The notes beneath the pieces were generated by a model. The model was given only the letters and a program-made list of their open reading frames with translations. It made no database searches and had not been told where the DNA came from. 53,764 nucleotides of DNA from NCBI GenBank assembly GCA_964579475.1, contig CAZOFP010000006.1, positions 1 through 53,764 of the forward strand. The letters are read 5' to 3'. Of the stretch, positions 44,204 through 53,261 are shown in pieces. Within the stretch, counting starts at the first letter, position 1; every line of letters begins with the position of its first letter. Origin of the DNA: an uncultured Candidatus Saccharibacteria bacterium. GTDB lineage: Bacteria > Patescibacteriota > Saccharimonadia > Saccharimonadales > CAYOYH01. The translations under genes and the position numbers were made by a program.

Positions 44204-46822
44204 CTATCGGCGACCTTTCTTCTTGTTCTTGCGCTGTTTCTTTTTCTTCTTTCTGGCGTCGTTTCTGGCATTGTTGTGACCTTTAGTTTCCGTAACGTGG
44301 ACTGTCTTTGCCTCTTTTTTGTCATTCTTTGTGGTAGATTTTTTTGATTCTTTGGTTGCCGATTTACCACCTTCAACCGAGCGCTGAGCAGCCTTTGTAA
44401 GCTCCGTTTCCGCCTGAAGAATTTCTTCCTGTGGTCGCGGTTCAATCCTAAATAGCGTCCGAACCACTTCATTTTGGACGTTGTCTTGCATTGCTTCAAA
44501 AAAAGTCTGACCTTCTCGGCGATATTCGACTAGCGGGTCGCGTTGCCCAATACTTCTAAGACCTATGCCCTGCCTGAGGTGATCCATGTTTTCTAGATGC
44601 TGCATCCAGTTCGTGTCGAGTATCTGTAAGTAGACATCTCTCTCCAGCATCCTCATAACTTTTGGGGTGAACGCTTTTTCACGTTCTTTGTAGAGCTTCA
44701 AACTGGCTTCCGTTGCGACTTTCTTTACTTCTTCGCTGAATTTTAAATTCAACAACTTTTTCATGTCTGCACTTGGAAGAGGTATGGTTATTTCCAGATC
44801 TTTTAGACCAGACTTCAACGTTTCCTCGGGACCAGAAGTATATTTTGATACTTCAGTTATAATCAGCTCTTCAATGTTGTCTGACAAGTCGTCATTCATG
44901 AGAATTTTCTTACGAGTCGTGTAAACAGCACCTCTGTGTTTGTTCATTACATCGTCGTATTGAACAACATTTTTACGACTATCAAAGTGCATGCTTTCAA
45001 CTTTCTTCTGAGCATTCTCTATAGCCTTACTAAGTGATTTATTTTCAATCGGTGTTGTTTCGCTGACGCCCAATCTGTCCATGAGTCCTGCAATCCGCGG
45101 ACCATTAAAGATTCGCATAAGATCATCCTCTGCAGAGACATAGAACTGAGTCATTCCGGGGTCACCCTGACGACCGCAACGACCACGAAGCTGATTGTCA
45201 ATTCGCCTGGACTCATGCCTTTCAGAACCGAGCACAAACAAACCTCCCAGCTCAACCACACCTTCTCCGAGTACGATATCGGTACCACGACCAGCGATGT
45301 TAGTAGCCAACGTTACGGCGCCTTTTTGCCCCGCCTTGGCGACAATTGCAGCCTCACCTTCGTTGTTTTTGGCATTTAGCACGTTATGTTCGACTCCGGC
45401 TTGCGCCAGCATCTTAGACAGCACTTCATTCATATCGATAGATGCCGTACCGATAAGCACCGGTTGGCCTTTCTCTTGCAGGTGCTTAACTTCTTTAACT
45501 ACCGCCTTAAATTTGCCCTGCCTAGATTTATAAATCCTATCTGGTAAATCTTCTCTTCTTATATCTTGGTTGGTTGGAATCTCGATTACGTCTAGGTCGT
45601 AAATCTGCTGAAACTCTTCAGCTTCGGTAGCGGCAGTACCTGTCATACCTGATAGTTTGTCGTACAGTCTGAACAAATTCTGAAAGGAAATTGTCGCTAG
45701 AGTCATCGACTCTTGCTGAACTTCAACACCTTCTTTAGCCTCAATTGCTTGGTGTAGACCCTCGTTGTAACGTCGCCCATGCATCATACGACCAGTAAAT
45801 TCGTCGATGATTATGACTTCCCCGTCTTCTGTTACGACGTAATCTTTGTCGCGTTTAAACAGAGTTTCGGCTCTAAGTGCCTGATCCATGTGGTAAATCA
45901 TCTGGACGTTCTCAGAAGCATACATGTTTTCAACACCCAACAGCTCCTGGACTTGAGCAATTCCGTCATCATTTAGCCCAACAGCTTTTCGTTTCTCATC
46001 AAGCTCATAGTCATCTTCACTGAGCTTCTTGGCCACCTGAGCAAAAGTCGTATAGGCACTCGCACTGCTCGACGCAGGGGCGGAAATAATAAGCGGCGTT
46101 CTGGCTTCGTCAACCAAGATTGAGTCAACCTCGTCGACAATTGCATAGTTAAGTTCTCGTTGCCTGAGCTGATCAGCCTCGCGCACCATATTGTCACGGA
46201 GGTAGTCGAAGCCAAATTCGTTGTTAGTTCCATAAGTAATATCGGCTGCATAGGCTTCTTGTCTTGTGCATGGTTTAAGGTGTTTAAACCGCTCGTCATC
46301 GTGTTCATCGTTTGTGTATTCCATATCATAAATGTATGAATTATCGGCAATGATAACCGCTGTCGACAAACCCAAAGCGTTATATAAAACTGCCATCCAG
46401 CCAGCATCACGCTGAGCCAGGTAGTCGTTCACCGTAACTACATGAACACCTTTACCGGTCAGCGCGTTTAAAACCACCGGCAATGTCGCGACAAGTGTTT
46501 TACCTTCACCAGTGCGCATCTCTGCGACGTTTCCGTCATGAAGCGCCATACCGCCTATGAGCTGAACATCGAAAGGCCTCATTCCAAGCGCTTGCTCCGA
46601 AGCTTCACGGACAATCGCAAACACGTCGGGCAGAATTTTATTGAGATTAGTTTTCTTGTCGATTACTTCTTTTTTATACTCATCAATCCGTTTTTTAAGT
46701 TCTTCTGTCTTCAGTCCAGAATACTTTTTTGCAACAGCGTTAATACCCTCGACGCGCTTGGTCAAGCTTTTTAACTCCTTGGCTTGTGGGTCGCCAAAAA
46801 TCTTCTTCAGTACTTTTTTCAT
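44204..46822 (-). CDS. secA: Preprotein translocase ATPase SecA
   Basis: EMRTGEGKT, VNDYLAQRD, IVDEVDSILVDEARTPLIIS, ATNIAGRGTDI, RRIDNQLRGR, QRDPLVEY. Confidence 0.98.
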   Translation of the reverse strand: MKKVLKKIFGDPQAKELKSLTKRVEGINAVAKKYSGLKTEELKKRIDEYKKEVIDKKTNLNKILPDVFAIVREASEQALGMRPFDVQLIGGMALHDGNVAEMRTGEGKTLVATLPVVLNALTGKGVHVVTVNDYLAQRDAGWMAVLYNALGLSTAVIIADNSYIYDMEYTNDEHDDERFKHLKPCTRQEAYAADITYGTNNEFGFDYLRDNMVREADQLRQRELNYAIVDEVDSILVDEARTPLIISAPASSSASAYTTFAQVAKKLSEDDYELDEKRKAVGLNDDGIAQVQELLGVENMYASENVQMIYHMDQALRAETLFKRDKDYVVTEDGEVIIIDEFTGRMMHGRRYNEGLHQAIEAKEGVEVQQESMTLATISFQNLFRLYDKLSGMTGTAATEAEEFQQIYDLDVIEIPTNQDIRREDLPDRIYKSRQGKFKAVVKEVKHLQEKGQPVLIGTASIDMNEVLSKMLAQAGVEHNVLNAKNNEGEAAIVAKAGQKGAVTLATNIAGRGTDIVLGEGVVELGGLFVLGSERHESRRIDNQLRGRCGRQGDPGMTQFYVSAEDDLMRIFNGPRIAGLMDRLGVSETTPIENKSLSKAIENAQKKVESMHFDSRKNVVQYDDVMNKHRGAVYTTRKKILMNDDLSDNIEELIITEVSKYTSGPEETLKSGLKDLEITIPLPSADMKKLLNLKFSEEVKKVATEASLKLYKEREKAFTPKVMRMLERDVYLQILDTNWMQHLENMDHLRQGIGLRSIGQRDPLVEYRREGQTFFEAMQDNVQNEVVRTLFRIEPRPQEEILQAETELTKAAQRSVEGGKSATKESKKSTTKNDKKEAKTVHVTETKGHNNARNDARKKKKKQRKNKKKGRR

Positions 46823-46876
46823 TTGTCTTCACCTTGAATTACAGTATATTATCCCACGAAACCATCTGAAAATGAA

Positions 46877-47272
46877 CTAATTCTGAGAACCCCAGAAATC
46901 ACGTGCTGCACGTTTCCTGATTCTGCTAAACGCGTTCTTCCTACTACCCTTTTTTGCTTTTAGCTTTTTATCTTTTTGTTTCTTTAGCTGGTTTTTAAGC
47001 TTTGCCTCGACAATATCTACCGCCGCAAACATATTGATAGTCGATTCGCTTGCAGCAATCCTGTCGCCTGGCACATCAAGAATAACTTCGCATTTGTTAC
47101 GACTTTTGGTCTTACTGCCTAGCTCCCCAAGCTTTACCTCAGCGTGAACGGACTTCCTAGCCTTCCTCGTCATATATTTATCGAGCTTGCCAATCTTAGT
47201 ACGTACGTATTTTGCAAGATCGTCAGAGACTTCGTAGCCGTTTCTTCCAGTAATTTCGATATTGCCAATCAT
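46877..47272 (-). CDS. hpf: Ribosome hibernation promoting factor (RaiA/HPF)
   Basis: IEITGRN..VSDDLAKYV..KIGKLDKY, MFAAVDIVEAKLKNQL; upstream of secA. Confidence 0.88.
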   Translation of the reverse strand: MIGNIEITGRNGYEVSDDLAKYVRTKIGKLDKYMTRKARKSVHAEVKLGELGSKTKSRNKCEVILDVPGDRIAASESTINMFAAVDIVEAKLKNQLKKQKDKKLKAKKGSRKNAFSRIRKRAARDFWGSQN

Positions 47273-48567
47273 AACTGCTCTACACCTCCCATATATTTTT
47301 GTAATACTTTTGGAACATTCACTTTGCCGTCTTTGGTTTGGTTATTTTCGATAATCGCAACCATTCCACGACCTAGCGCCAGAGCTGTTGCATCAACGGT
47401 GTGAATCAAAACGGTACTGTTGTCGGTCTTTACCTTGGTATTTAGTCTCCTCGACTGATAATCGGTCATAAAATCTGCTGTGTGCGTTTCACGGTACTTA
47501 CCCTGGCCAGGCAACCAAACATCCATATCTACACCTCTGAAATTTGGCTTGCCAATATCGGCGGTACACTTTAAAAGCTTCCGGTACGGTAGTTTTAGTT
47601 CGTTTAGTAAATGTTCCTGAATAGCAATCGTCAGCATATGCTCGTCCATGCCGCTGTCCGGGTGGGCAATAATCTCCATCTCGAGTTTATCGAACTGATG
47701 CATCCTGATGATGCCTTCCATATCCTTGCCGTAAGTTCCAGCTTCTTTTCGAAAACTCGTCGCGTAGCCAAGGTAGCGTAGGGGTAAATCGTCCGAGGAA
47801 ATAGTTTCATCGGCATGCATAGAACCAAGTACATGCTCGGCACTACCTTGCAGCCAAAGCTCCTCGCCTTCTATCTTGTAGCGGTCTTCCCTGGGTTCTA
47901 GCCGATCCATACCGTCGAACATTTCTGTTCGTATCATATACGGCGGGATTACCGGAACGAATGGTTTGCTGGTGACGCTAAGCCCTGCCTCTTTAATGAT
48001 TTTACCTAGAGTTTCTTCGTCCGTGACAACGTCTAGAACGTATTGCATCAGCGCGAACTGTAACCTGACTAAGTCACCCTTAATATAAGCAAAACGAGCA
48101 CCGGACACTTTAGCGGCTCTTTCCTTGTCTATCCAGTCGCGTTCTTGAGCTATAACCCAGTGGTCTTTTGCCTCGAAGTCAAAAGACGGTTTTTCGCCTT
48201 TCTCATAAACAACCTCGTTCTGTTCTTCACTTGCACCAACGGGCGTATCCTCGCTAGACATATTTGGTACAGCTCTATGCAGTGCGTCAAACTCTACCTC
48301 TATCGGGTCGAGTTTACTCTCAAGCTCTTGGAGCTGCTGCTTCAGCTCTTTGCTTCTTGAAATATCTTCGGCTGAGGGTTTGTTGCCGGCACCTATACTA
48401 CCCGATAGCTCGTTGCGTTTGGCTCGAATTTTATCAATTTCAACAGTTAACGACCTGCGTTGTTCGTCGAGTGCTAGGAGCTGTTTTACGTCTACTTCTA
48501 TGTTCTTATTTGCGGCATTTTGCTGTACTTCGTCTAAGTTGCCACGGATATATTTAATGTCTAACAT
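47269..48567 (-). CDS. serS: Seryl-tRNA synthetase
   Basis: MLDIKYIR, N-terminal coiled arm, AAKVSGARF, SFRKEAG..GIIRMHQFDKLE, DYQSRRL. Start at ATG 48567. Confidence 0.96.
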   Translation of the reverse strand: MLDIKYIRGNLDEVQQNAANKNIEVDVKQLLALDEQRRSLTVEIDKIRAKRNELSGSIGAGNKPSAEDISRSKELKQQLQELESKLDPIEVEFDALHRAVPNMSSEDTPVGASEEQNEVVYEKGEKPSFDFEAKDHWVIAQERDWIDKERAAKVSGARFAYIKGDLVRLQFALMQYVLDVVTDEETLGKIIKEAGLSVTSKPFVPVIPPYMIRTEMFDGMDRLEPREDRYKIEGEELWLQGSAEHVLGSMHADETISSDDLPLRYLGYATSFRKEAGTYGKDMEGIIRMHQFDKLEMEIIAHPDSGMDEHMLTIAIQEHLLNELKLPYRKLLKCTADIGKPNFRGVDMDVWLPGQGKYRETHTADFMTDYQSRRLNTKVKTDNSTVLIHTVDATALALGRGMVAIIENNQTKDGKVNVPKVLQKYMGGVEQL

Positions 48568-48658
48568 GCTACCTAGGATTATACTCCATTGCTCCAACAG
48601 CTTCTAGTAAATAGTTACGCTTCTGGGTAATGTTTTTCGATAACAATGGTTCCATCTT

Positions 48659-48737
48659 GGTTATATAATTAATTATATAACTACTCATTTCTCATCTGTA
48701 TTTACTACAAGCATATACCCTATTATGGTTATATAAC
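48659..48737. repeat. Bipartite palindromic element, copy C
   Basis: Perfect 22-bp palindrome GTTATATAATTAATTATATAAC (48660-48681), 46-nt spacer TACTCATTTCT..AAGCATA.., then GTTATATAAC (48728-48737). Confidence 0.85.
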
Positions 48738-48738
48738 T

Positions 48739-49194
48739 TTATTTTGACGCTGAAACAATTTCGTTTACCAGTGTCTCAACAGCCGAATTAATATGCTGGT
48801 ACATCCTGTCGAAACCGTCACTCCCGTAATATGGATCCTCAACCTCGCGCGTATCTAGCAATTGTACTTTTTCATAATTTTTTGCATCAATAATCTGTTT
48901 TACACCAGCTACATTTGCGCGATCCATACAAATAATCATGTCGAAATCTTCCCCGTCATCCTTAGTTAGCGGACGTGACGTTTGCTGCGAGATATCAATA
49001 CCATTTTTCGTCATAACCGTTTGCGATCTTAGATCTGGCGCACTCCCCTGGTGCGCACGAGTAGTTCCTGCACTATCAATAATGAAATCTTTACCTTCAA
49101 CCTTTCCCGTGTTCTCAAGTTTATTTCGCAAAATTCCTTCAGCCGCAGGTGAACGGCAAATATTTCCCATACAGACGAATAGGATTTTGGTCAT
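48739..49194 (-). CDS. Low-molecular-weight protein tyrosine/arginine phosphatase
   Basis: P-loop VCMGNICRS, DSAGT, DPYY. Confidence 0.92.
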   Translation of the reverse strand: MTKILFVCMGNICRSPAAEGILRNKLENTGKVEGKDFIIDSAGTTRAHQGSAPDLRSQTVMTKNGIDISQQTSRPLTKDDGEDFDMIICMDRANVAGVKQIIDAKNYEKVQLLDTREVEDPYYGSDGFDRMYQHINSAVETLVNEIVSASK

Positions 49195-50756
49195 TTTTCC
49201 AGTCTAAATCGACTAATAAGGAAATCTTGATCTAAAATAGACAAAAACCAACCGGCTTTGGGCCCTGAATCCTTTGCGAGAAGTACTCTATAGACTGTTT
49301 TGAATGCCTCACTCGCCCCCAGGCCACTCTTCTCTCTTTGGCTATGAATTTGTTCATGAAACCATTGCCCGTCTTTTCCCGTACCATCCTTTTCTATGAT
49401 CTGAGCTAGGTCTAAAAGTAGCTGCTTCTCATTATCATTAAAGTCTGCTGGAACATCATCTGTCAGATTGAACTTCACTTCTTCTGGTGCCCATTTGTCT
49501 AGCCAGTTTTTCACGTAGACAAGCTCCTGTTTGATTGCAGCTTCTTGTTCGGCGGCTTCTTTTTCGTAGCCACTGCGTCTAAGCGTATCAAAAACTTTTT
49601 TCTCGTCGCCAAGTGATGCTTGATATATCGAAACCAGATGGTTGAATGGGATACTGGCCATACCTGGTGATTCTATGCCAACATTCGCCAAACGATACGC
49701 CGAGGCAAACTGGTGATTCTCGCCGGCTCTGACTGCTCTATCCACCTGGCTGTACTCGTCCATCATTCTGAACAGTCCCAGTCCTGGATCGAAGTCAATT
49801 TTCTTTTTGCCTGGGTAGCGCAGGTAGAAATACTTAATCATCTCTGGTGGCATAATCTCGTAGGCTTGTTCCGGAGTAACAATATTACCCTTCGACGAAC
49901 TCATCTTAATGTTGTCTCCTGCCAGGTGCACATGGCCGTATTGGAACCCAGGTATTGGTGGCTCAAAGCCAAACACTTCACGCGCAAAAGCGGCACCCGT
50001 CTGATATGAGCCACCTGAAGCCCCGTGCTCCTGAAAACCATGAGGTTCTACCATTACACCTAGTACTTGCCAGCGAGCTGGCCAATCTAGCCGCCAGTTC
50101 AACTTTACTCTCCCGTCATTGTAAGCAATCGAGCCCTCTACTCCGTCCTTATCCGCGTACTGTATCTGCTGTTTCTTCGTGTCGATATTTTTGAACTTCC
50201 ACTCGTCAAAACTGTTGTTGTCGCTAAGGATTTGAATCGGCACCCAGTCATCAGGTAAATCACGGTTAGATAGGCGCTTGAAAATTTCCTTAATTGTATC
50301 GGTTCCTTCAATAGCTTTTTCTATCTGAGGCGCCATCTCACCAGTCTTATACAGCTTTTCGTAGCTATAGATTATCTCAAGCTCTAAATGTAGTGGCTCA
50401 AACCTAGTTTTAAATTCGTTGAAGAAGTGATCGGCGTAATTCTCGTGGCAACCTTCAGGATCTGGAACCAAGCATACTGGCCAGCCAACGTATTTTTCGT
50501 ATTCCTCGGGTAGAAAGTCATAGCGCCTACGAAGCGGGTCGAAATTGTCGACAATATGTAAATGTCTGGCCTGTCTGCCACGCTCGACTAAGCCAGTTTT
50601 AATCATATCGGCGGACAAAAGCTCGCGGAAATGCCCTATGTGATAACTGGCCGATGGCGAAATGCCACTCGAAACAATTACTTCCCCGTCAGGATACTTG
50701 GCCTCGACACGGTTCAGGACACCCTTCAACCAATACTTTGATTGCGTTTCATTCAT
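49191..50756 (-). CDS. lysS: Lysyl-tRNA synthetase, class I
   Basis: SGISPSASYHIGHFRE (HIGH), KLNWRLDWPARW, KMSSSKGN (KMSKS-like), SGPKAG anticodon-domain end. Confidence 0.92.
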   Translation of the reverse strand: MNETQSKYWLKGVLNRVEAKYPDGEVIVSSGISPSASYHIGHFRELLSADMIKTGLVERGRQARHLHIVDNFDPLRRRYDFLPEEYEKYVGWPVCLVPDPEGCHENYADHFFNEFKTRFEPLHLELEIIYSYEKLYKTGEMAPQIEKAIEGTDTIKEIFKRLSNRDLPDDWVPIQILSDNNSFDEWKFKNIDTKKQQIQYADKDGVEGSIAYNDGRVKLNWRLDWPARWQVLGVMVEPHGFQEHGASGGSYQTGAAFAREVFGFEPPIPGFQYGHVHLAGDNIKMSSSKGNIVTPEQAYEIMPPEMIKYFYLRYPGKKKIDFDPGLGLFRMMDEYSQVDRAVRAGENHQFASAYRLANVGIESPGMASIPFNHLVSIYQASLGDEKKVFDTLRRSGYEKEAAEQEAAIKQELVYVKNWLDKWAPEEVKFNLTDDVPADFNDNEKQLLLDLAQIIEKDGTGKDGQWFHEQIHSQREKSGLGASEAFKTVYRVLLAKDSGPKAGWFLSILDQDFLISRFRLEK

Positions 50757-50864
50757 ATCTATTACAGTTTAACAGGCTTACTTACGAGTGCTAAGTGTTA
50801 AAAGAGGAGAAATTTAATTCTAGGTGTCGCAAATGGTATTCAGTCTGTGGTCGACCTTGGGGAT

Positions 50865-50899
50865 TTCTTATTCTAGCTTCTAACGTCTGTTGTCTAGCT
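50865..50899. repeat. Heptamer tandem array
   Basis: TTCTTAT TCTAGCT TCTAACG TCTGTTG TCTAGCT beside the greA stop; closely resembles 26596-26634. Confidence 0.8.
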
Positions 50900-50901
50900 T
50901 T

Positions 50902-51360
50902 TTAGGAGATTGCTTGAATTTTGTACACTGTCACGCCAGCAGGAAGCTCTATTTCGACGTCCTCACCAACTTTTTTTCCCAGTAACGCTACGCCAATTGG
51001 TGATTCGTTAGAAATCTTACCCTCGCCAGGGTTGGCTTCAACTGAGCCAACTATTTTAAAGACTGTTTTAACTTTGGGTGACTTCAGCTCGACTGTAGAA
51101 CCAAGCTTTACTGCCCCGTTACTTTTAGGAGCTTCGATTATTTCGACATTCTGTAAGATATGTTCGATTTCTTTAATACGTAATTCCGTTCGCTCAAGTT
51201 CGCCTCTGGAGACGTCATAATCTGCATTCTCGCTTAGATCACCTTGTGAACGAGCCTGCTTCAAACGATCGACAATCTTTGGTTTTAACGTATTTAATGA
51301 CGCCAGCTCTGTCTCAAGCTTCGAAATTCCGTCTTTAGTTAACTTAAATTCTTTCTTCAT
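50902..51360 (-). CDS. greA: Transcription elongation factor GreA
   Basis: LTKDG..KLE.EL, GDLSENADY, IVGSVEA, ISNESPIG.ALLG. Confidence 0.95.
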   Translation of the reverse strand: MKKEFKLTKDGISKLETELASLNTLKPKIVDRLKQARSQGDLSENADYDVSRGELERTELRIKEIEHILQNVEIIEAPKSNGAVKLGSTVELKSPKVKTVFKIVGSVEANPGEGKISNESPIGVALLGKKVGEDVEIELPAGVTVYKIQAIS

Positions 51361-51451
51361 AGTATTTGCACCTCTTAGCCTAATGTAGTGTGTACCTTTT
51401 CACATTTGGTCAACCAAAGATACCTCGACGGCATCCAAATTGCAAGAGTGT

Positions 51452-52702
51452 TTAGTTGCTGTGTGTTGCTACTAGCTCTGAACAGCTGATGATCGTTGAG
51501 TTGGACTCGTCTCTACGTTTAATCTCAATCCCGCCTGCAGCTAACGACTTTGTACTGACTACAACCCTAGTGGGGACACCTATGAGATCTGCATCAGCCA
51601 ACATCTTACCCGGGCGTAAATCTCGGTCATCGTAGATAACTTCCACGCCTTTTTTGATCAGCTCGCTGTATAGCTTATCGGCCTCCATCTTGACTACTTC
51701 GTCATTACCAATGCTAACAATATGCAGCGCCGCCGGTGCGATAGCTTCTGGCCAAATCATACCGTTCTCGTCAGCATATTGTTCGACCACCACGCCCATG
51801 GTTCTAGCCGGTCCAATACCGTAGCTACCCATAACAACTGATTTTTGTTCGCCATCTTCATCTGTAAATTTAAGGTTTAGGGCATCTGAAAACTTTGTAC
51901 CCAGCGGAAAGATATTGCCTACTTCTGCTGCTTTGACCTCTTCTAAATCAGCTCTGTTCAAGCCAAGGTTACTAATCACCTCGTCGGTGTAGACTTCTTT
52001 GTTTATGGCAATTTTCTTTTCTCTACTCAAATAGATTGTATCTTCGCCAGCTTCAGATATTGTCTGAAACTCATGTGAAAATTCAGAGAAACTTCCGCCA
52101 TCAGCATAGGTCAGGAACGTCGTATCGCCGAGACCAACTCTTTCGAACACTTTTTTGTAAGCCTGCTTGCTCTTCTCGTAAAATGCTTCATGCTCTTTTT
52201 CGTCTCTGGAAAACGAATACAAATCTTTCATAATGAACTCTCGTCCACGCATAATTCCGCTCTTTGATCTCAGTTCATTTCTAAACTTTGTCTGGAACTG
52301 ATACGGGTAAACTGGCAGGTCTTTGTACGAAGAAACGTACTGTTTCATAAGATTTGTTAGTGCTTCCTCATGGGTATTAGCTAGGCCAACTTCTTGACCG
52401 TTTACCAGCTTGGATTTGAACCAAATATTCACCACTTCGTCGTCCCATCGCCCGCTAGCCTGCCAGACGTCCGGTTTTTGCAAAGCGGTCAGGACTATTT
52501 CTTGTCCGCCTAGTGCGTCCATTTCTTCGCGGATTATTTGAATAATTTTATTTATCACCCGAAGACCAAGGGGTAAATAAGAGTAAACACCCGCCATCTC
52601 CTTGTTAATAAAACCAGCTTTTATAAGAAGTTGGGCGTTCTTCGACACTTCGTCGGCTGGTGCATCGTTTTTGGTTTTGGTAAATAATTTGCTCAGTCTC
52701 AT
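51452..52702 (-). CDS. proS: Prolyl-tRNA synthetase, short bacterial type lacking the INS editing domain
   Basis: LLIKAGFI..AGVYSYLPLG, THEE, SYKDLP..YQFQTKFRNE.R..GIMRGREFIMKDLYSF, EVGNIF.LG, MGSYGIG; 416 aa. Confidence 0.95.
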   Translation of the reverse strand: MRLSKLFTKTKNDAPADEVSKNAQLLIKAGFINKEMAGVYSYLPLGLRVINKIIQIIREEMDALGGQEIVLTALQKPDVWQASGRWDDEVVNIWFKSKLVNGQEVGLANTHEEALTNLMKQYVSSYKDLPVYPYQFQTKFRNELRSKSGIMRGREFIMKDLYSFSRDEKEHEAFYEKSKQAYKKVFERVGLGDTTFLTYADGGSFSEFSHEFQTISEAGEDTIYLSREKKIAINKEVYTDEVISNLGLNRADLEEVKAAEVGNIFPLGTKFSDALNLKFTDEDGEQKSVVMGSYGIGPARTMGVVVEQYADENGMIWPEAIAPAALHIVSIGNDEVVKMEADKLYSELIKKGVEVIYDDRDLRPGKMLADADLIGVPTRVVVSTKSLAAGGIEIKRRDESNSTIISCSELVATHSN

Positions 52703-53261
52703 GTATAAATCCTATCAGAAAACAAACAGATACAGAAAAGCGATGCCGTTCTTGAGCATATGTAGACCGATCGCCGGCCACAAACTATCTGTTTTATTAA
52801 CCAGCCAAGCCAGCGCTAGACCAAGCACAAAAGTGTCGATAAATAGATTTACTTGTCCGTGCAATATGCCGAAAATTGCCGCCGAAATCAGCGCTGCAAT
52901 CACAAACCCGAAGACCAAGGGGTAAATAAGAGTAAACACCCGCCATCTCCTTGTTAATAAAACCAGCTTTTATAAGAAGTTGGGCGTTCTTCGACACTTC
53001 GTCGGCTGGTGCATCGTTTTTGGTTTTGGTAAATAATTTGCTCAGTCTCATGTATAAATCCTATCAGAAAACAAACAGATACAGAAAAGCGATGCCGTTC
53101 TTGAGCATATGTAGACCGATCGCCGGCCACAAACTATCTGTTTTATTAACCAGCCAAGCCAGCGCTAGACCAAGCACAAAAGTGTCGATAAATAGATTTA
53201 CTTGTCCGTGCAATATGCCGAAAATTGCCGCCGAAATCAGCGCTGCAATCACAAACCCGAA
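52557..53261. repeat. 349-bp tandem direct duplication (proS 5' end plus CPBP 3' end)
   Basis: 52557-52905 repeats at 52906-53254; ACCCGAA at 52557, 52906 and 53255 marks the junctions. Confidence 0.92.
52797..53051 (-). pseudogene. Duplicated proS N-terminal fragment fused out of frame to CPBP 3' sequence
   Basis: First ~49 codons identical to proS, then unrelated tail; product of the duplication. Confidence 0.75.

Noticed and set aside
48569..48688. 39-codon minus-strand ORF MSSYIINYITKMEP... through the palindrome
   Set aside because: The equivalent frame in copy B stops after two codons, there is no RBS, and it runs over the serS promoter.
17744..48737. Palindrome-spacer-palindrome units as a CRISPR array
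   Set aside because: Only two repeats per locus, spacers are homologous between loci, and no cas genes are present.
52715..52939. 74-aa ORF resembling a CPBP C-terminus
   Set aside because: Duplicated gene tail created by the 349-bp repeat, not an independent gene.
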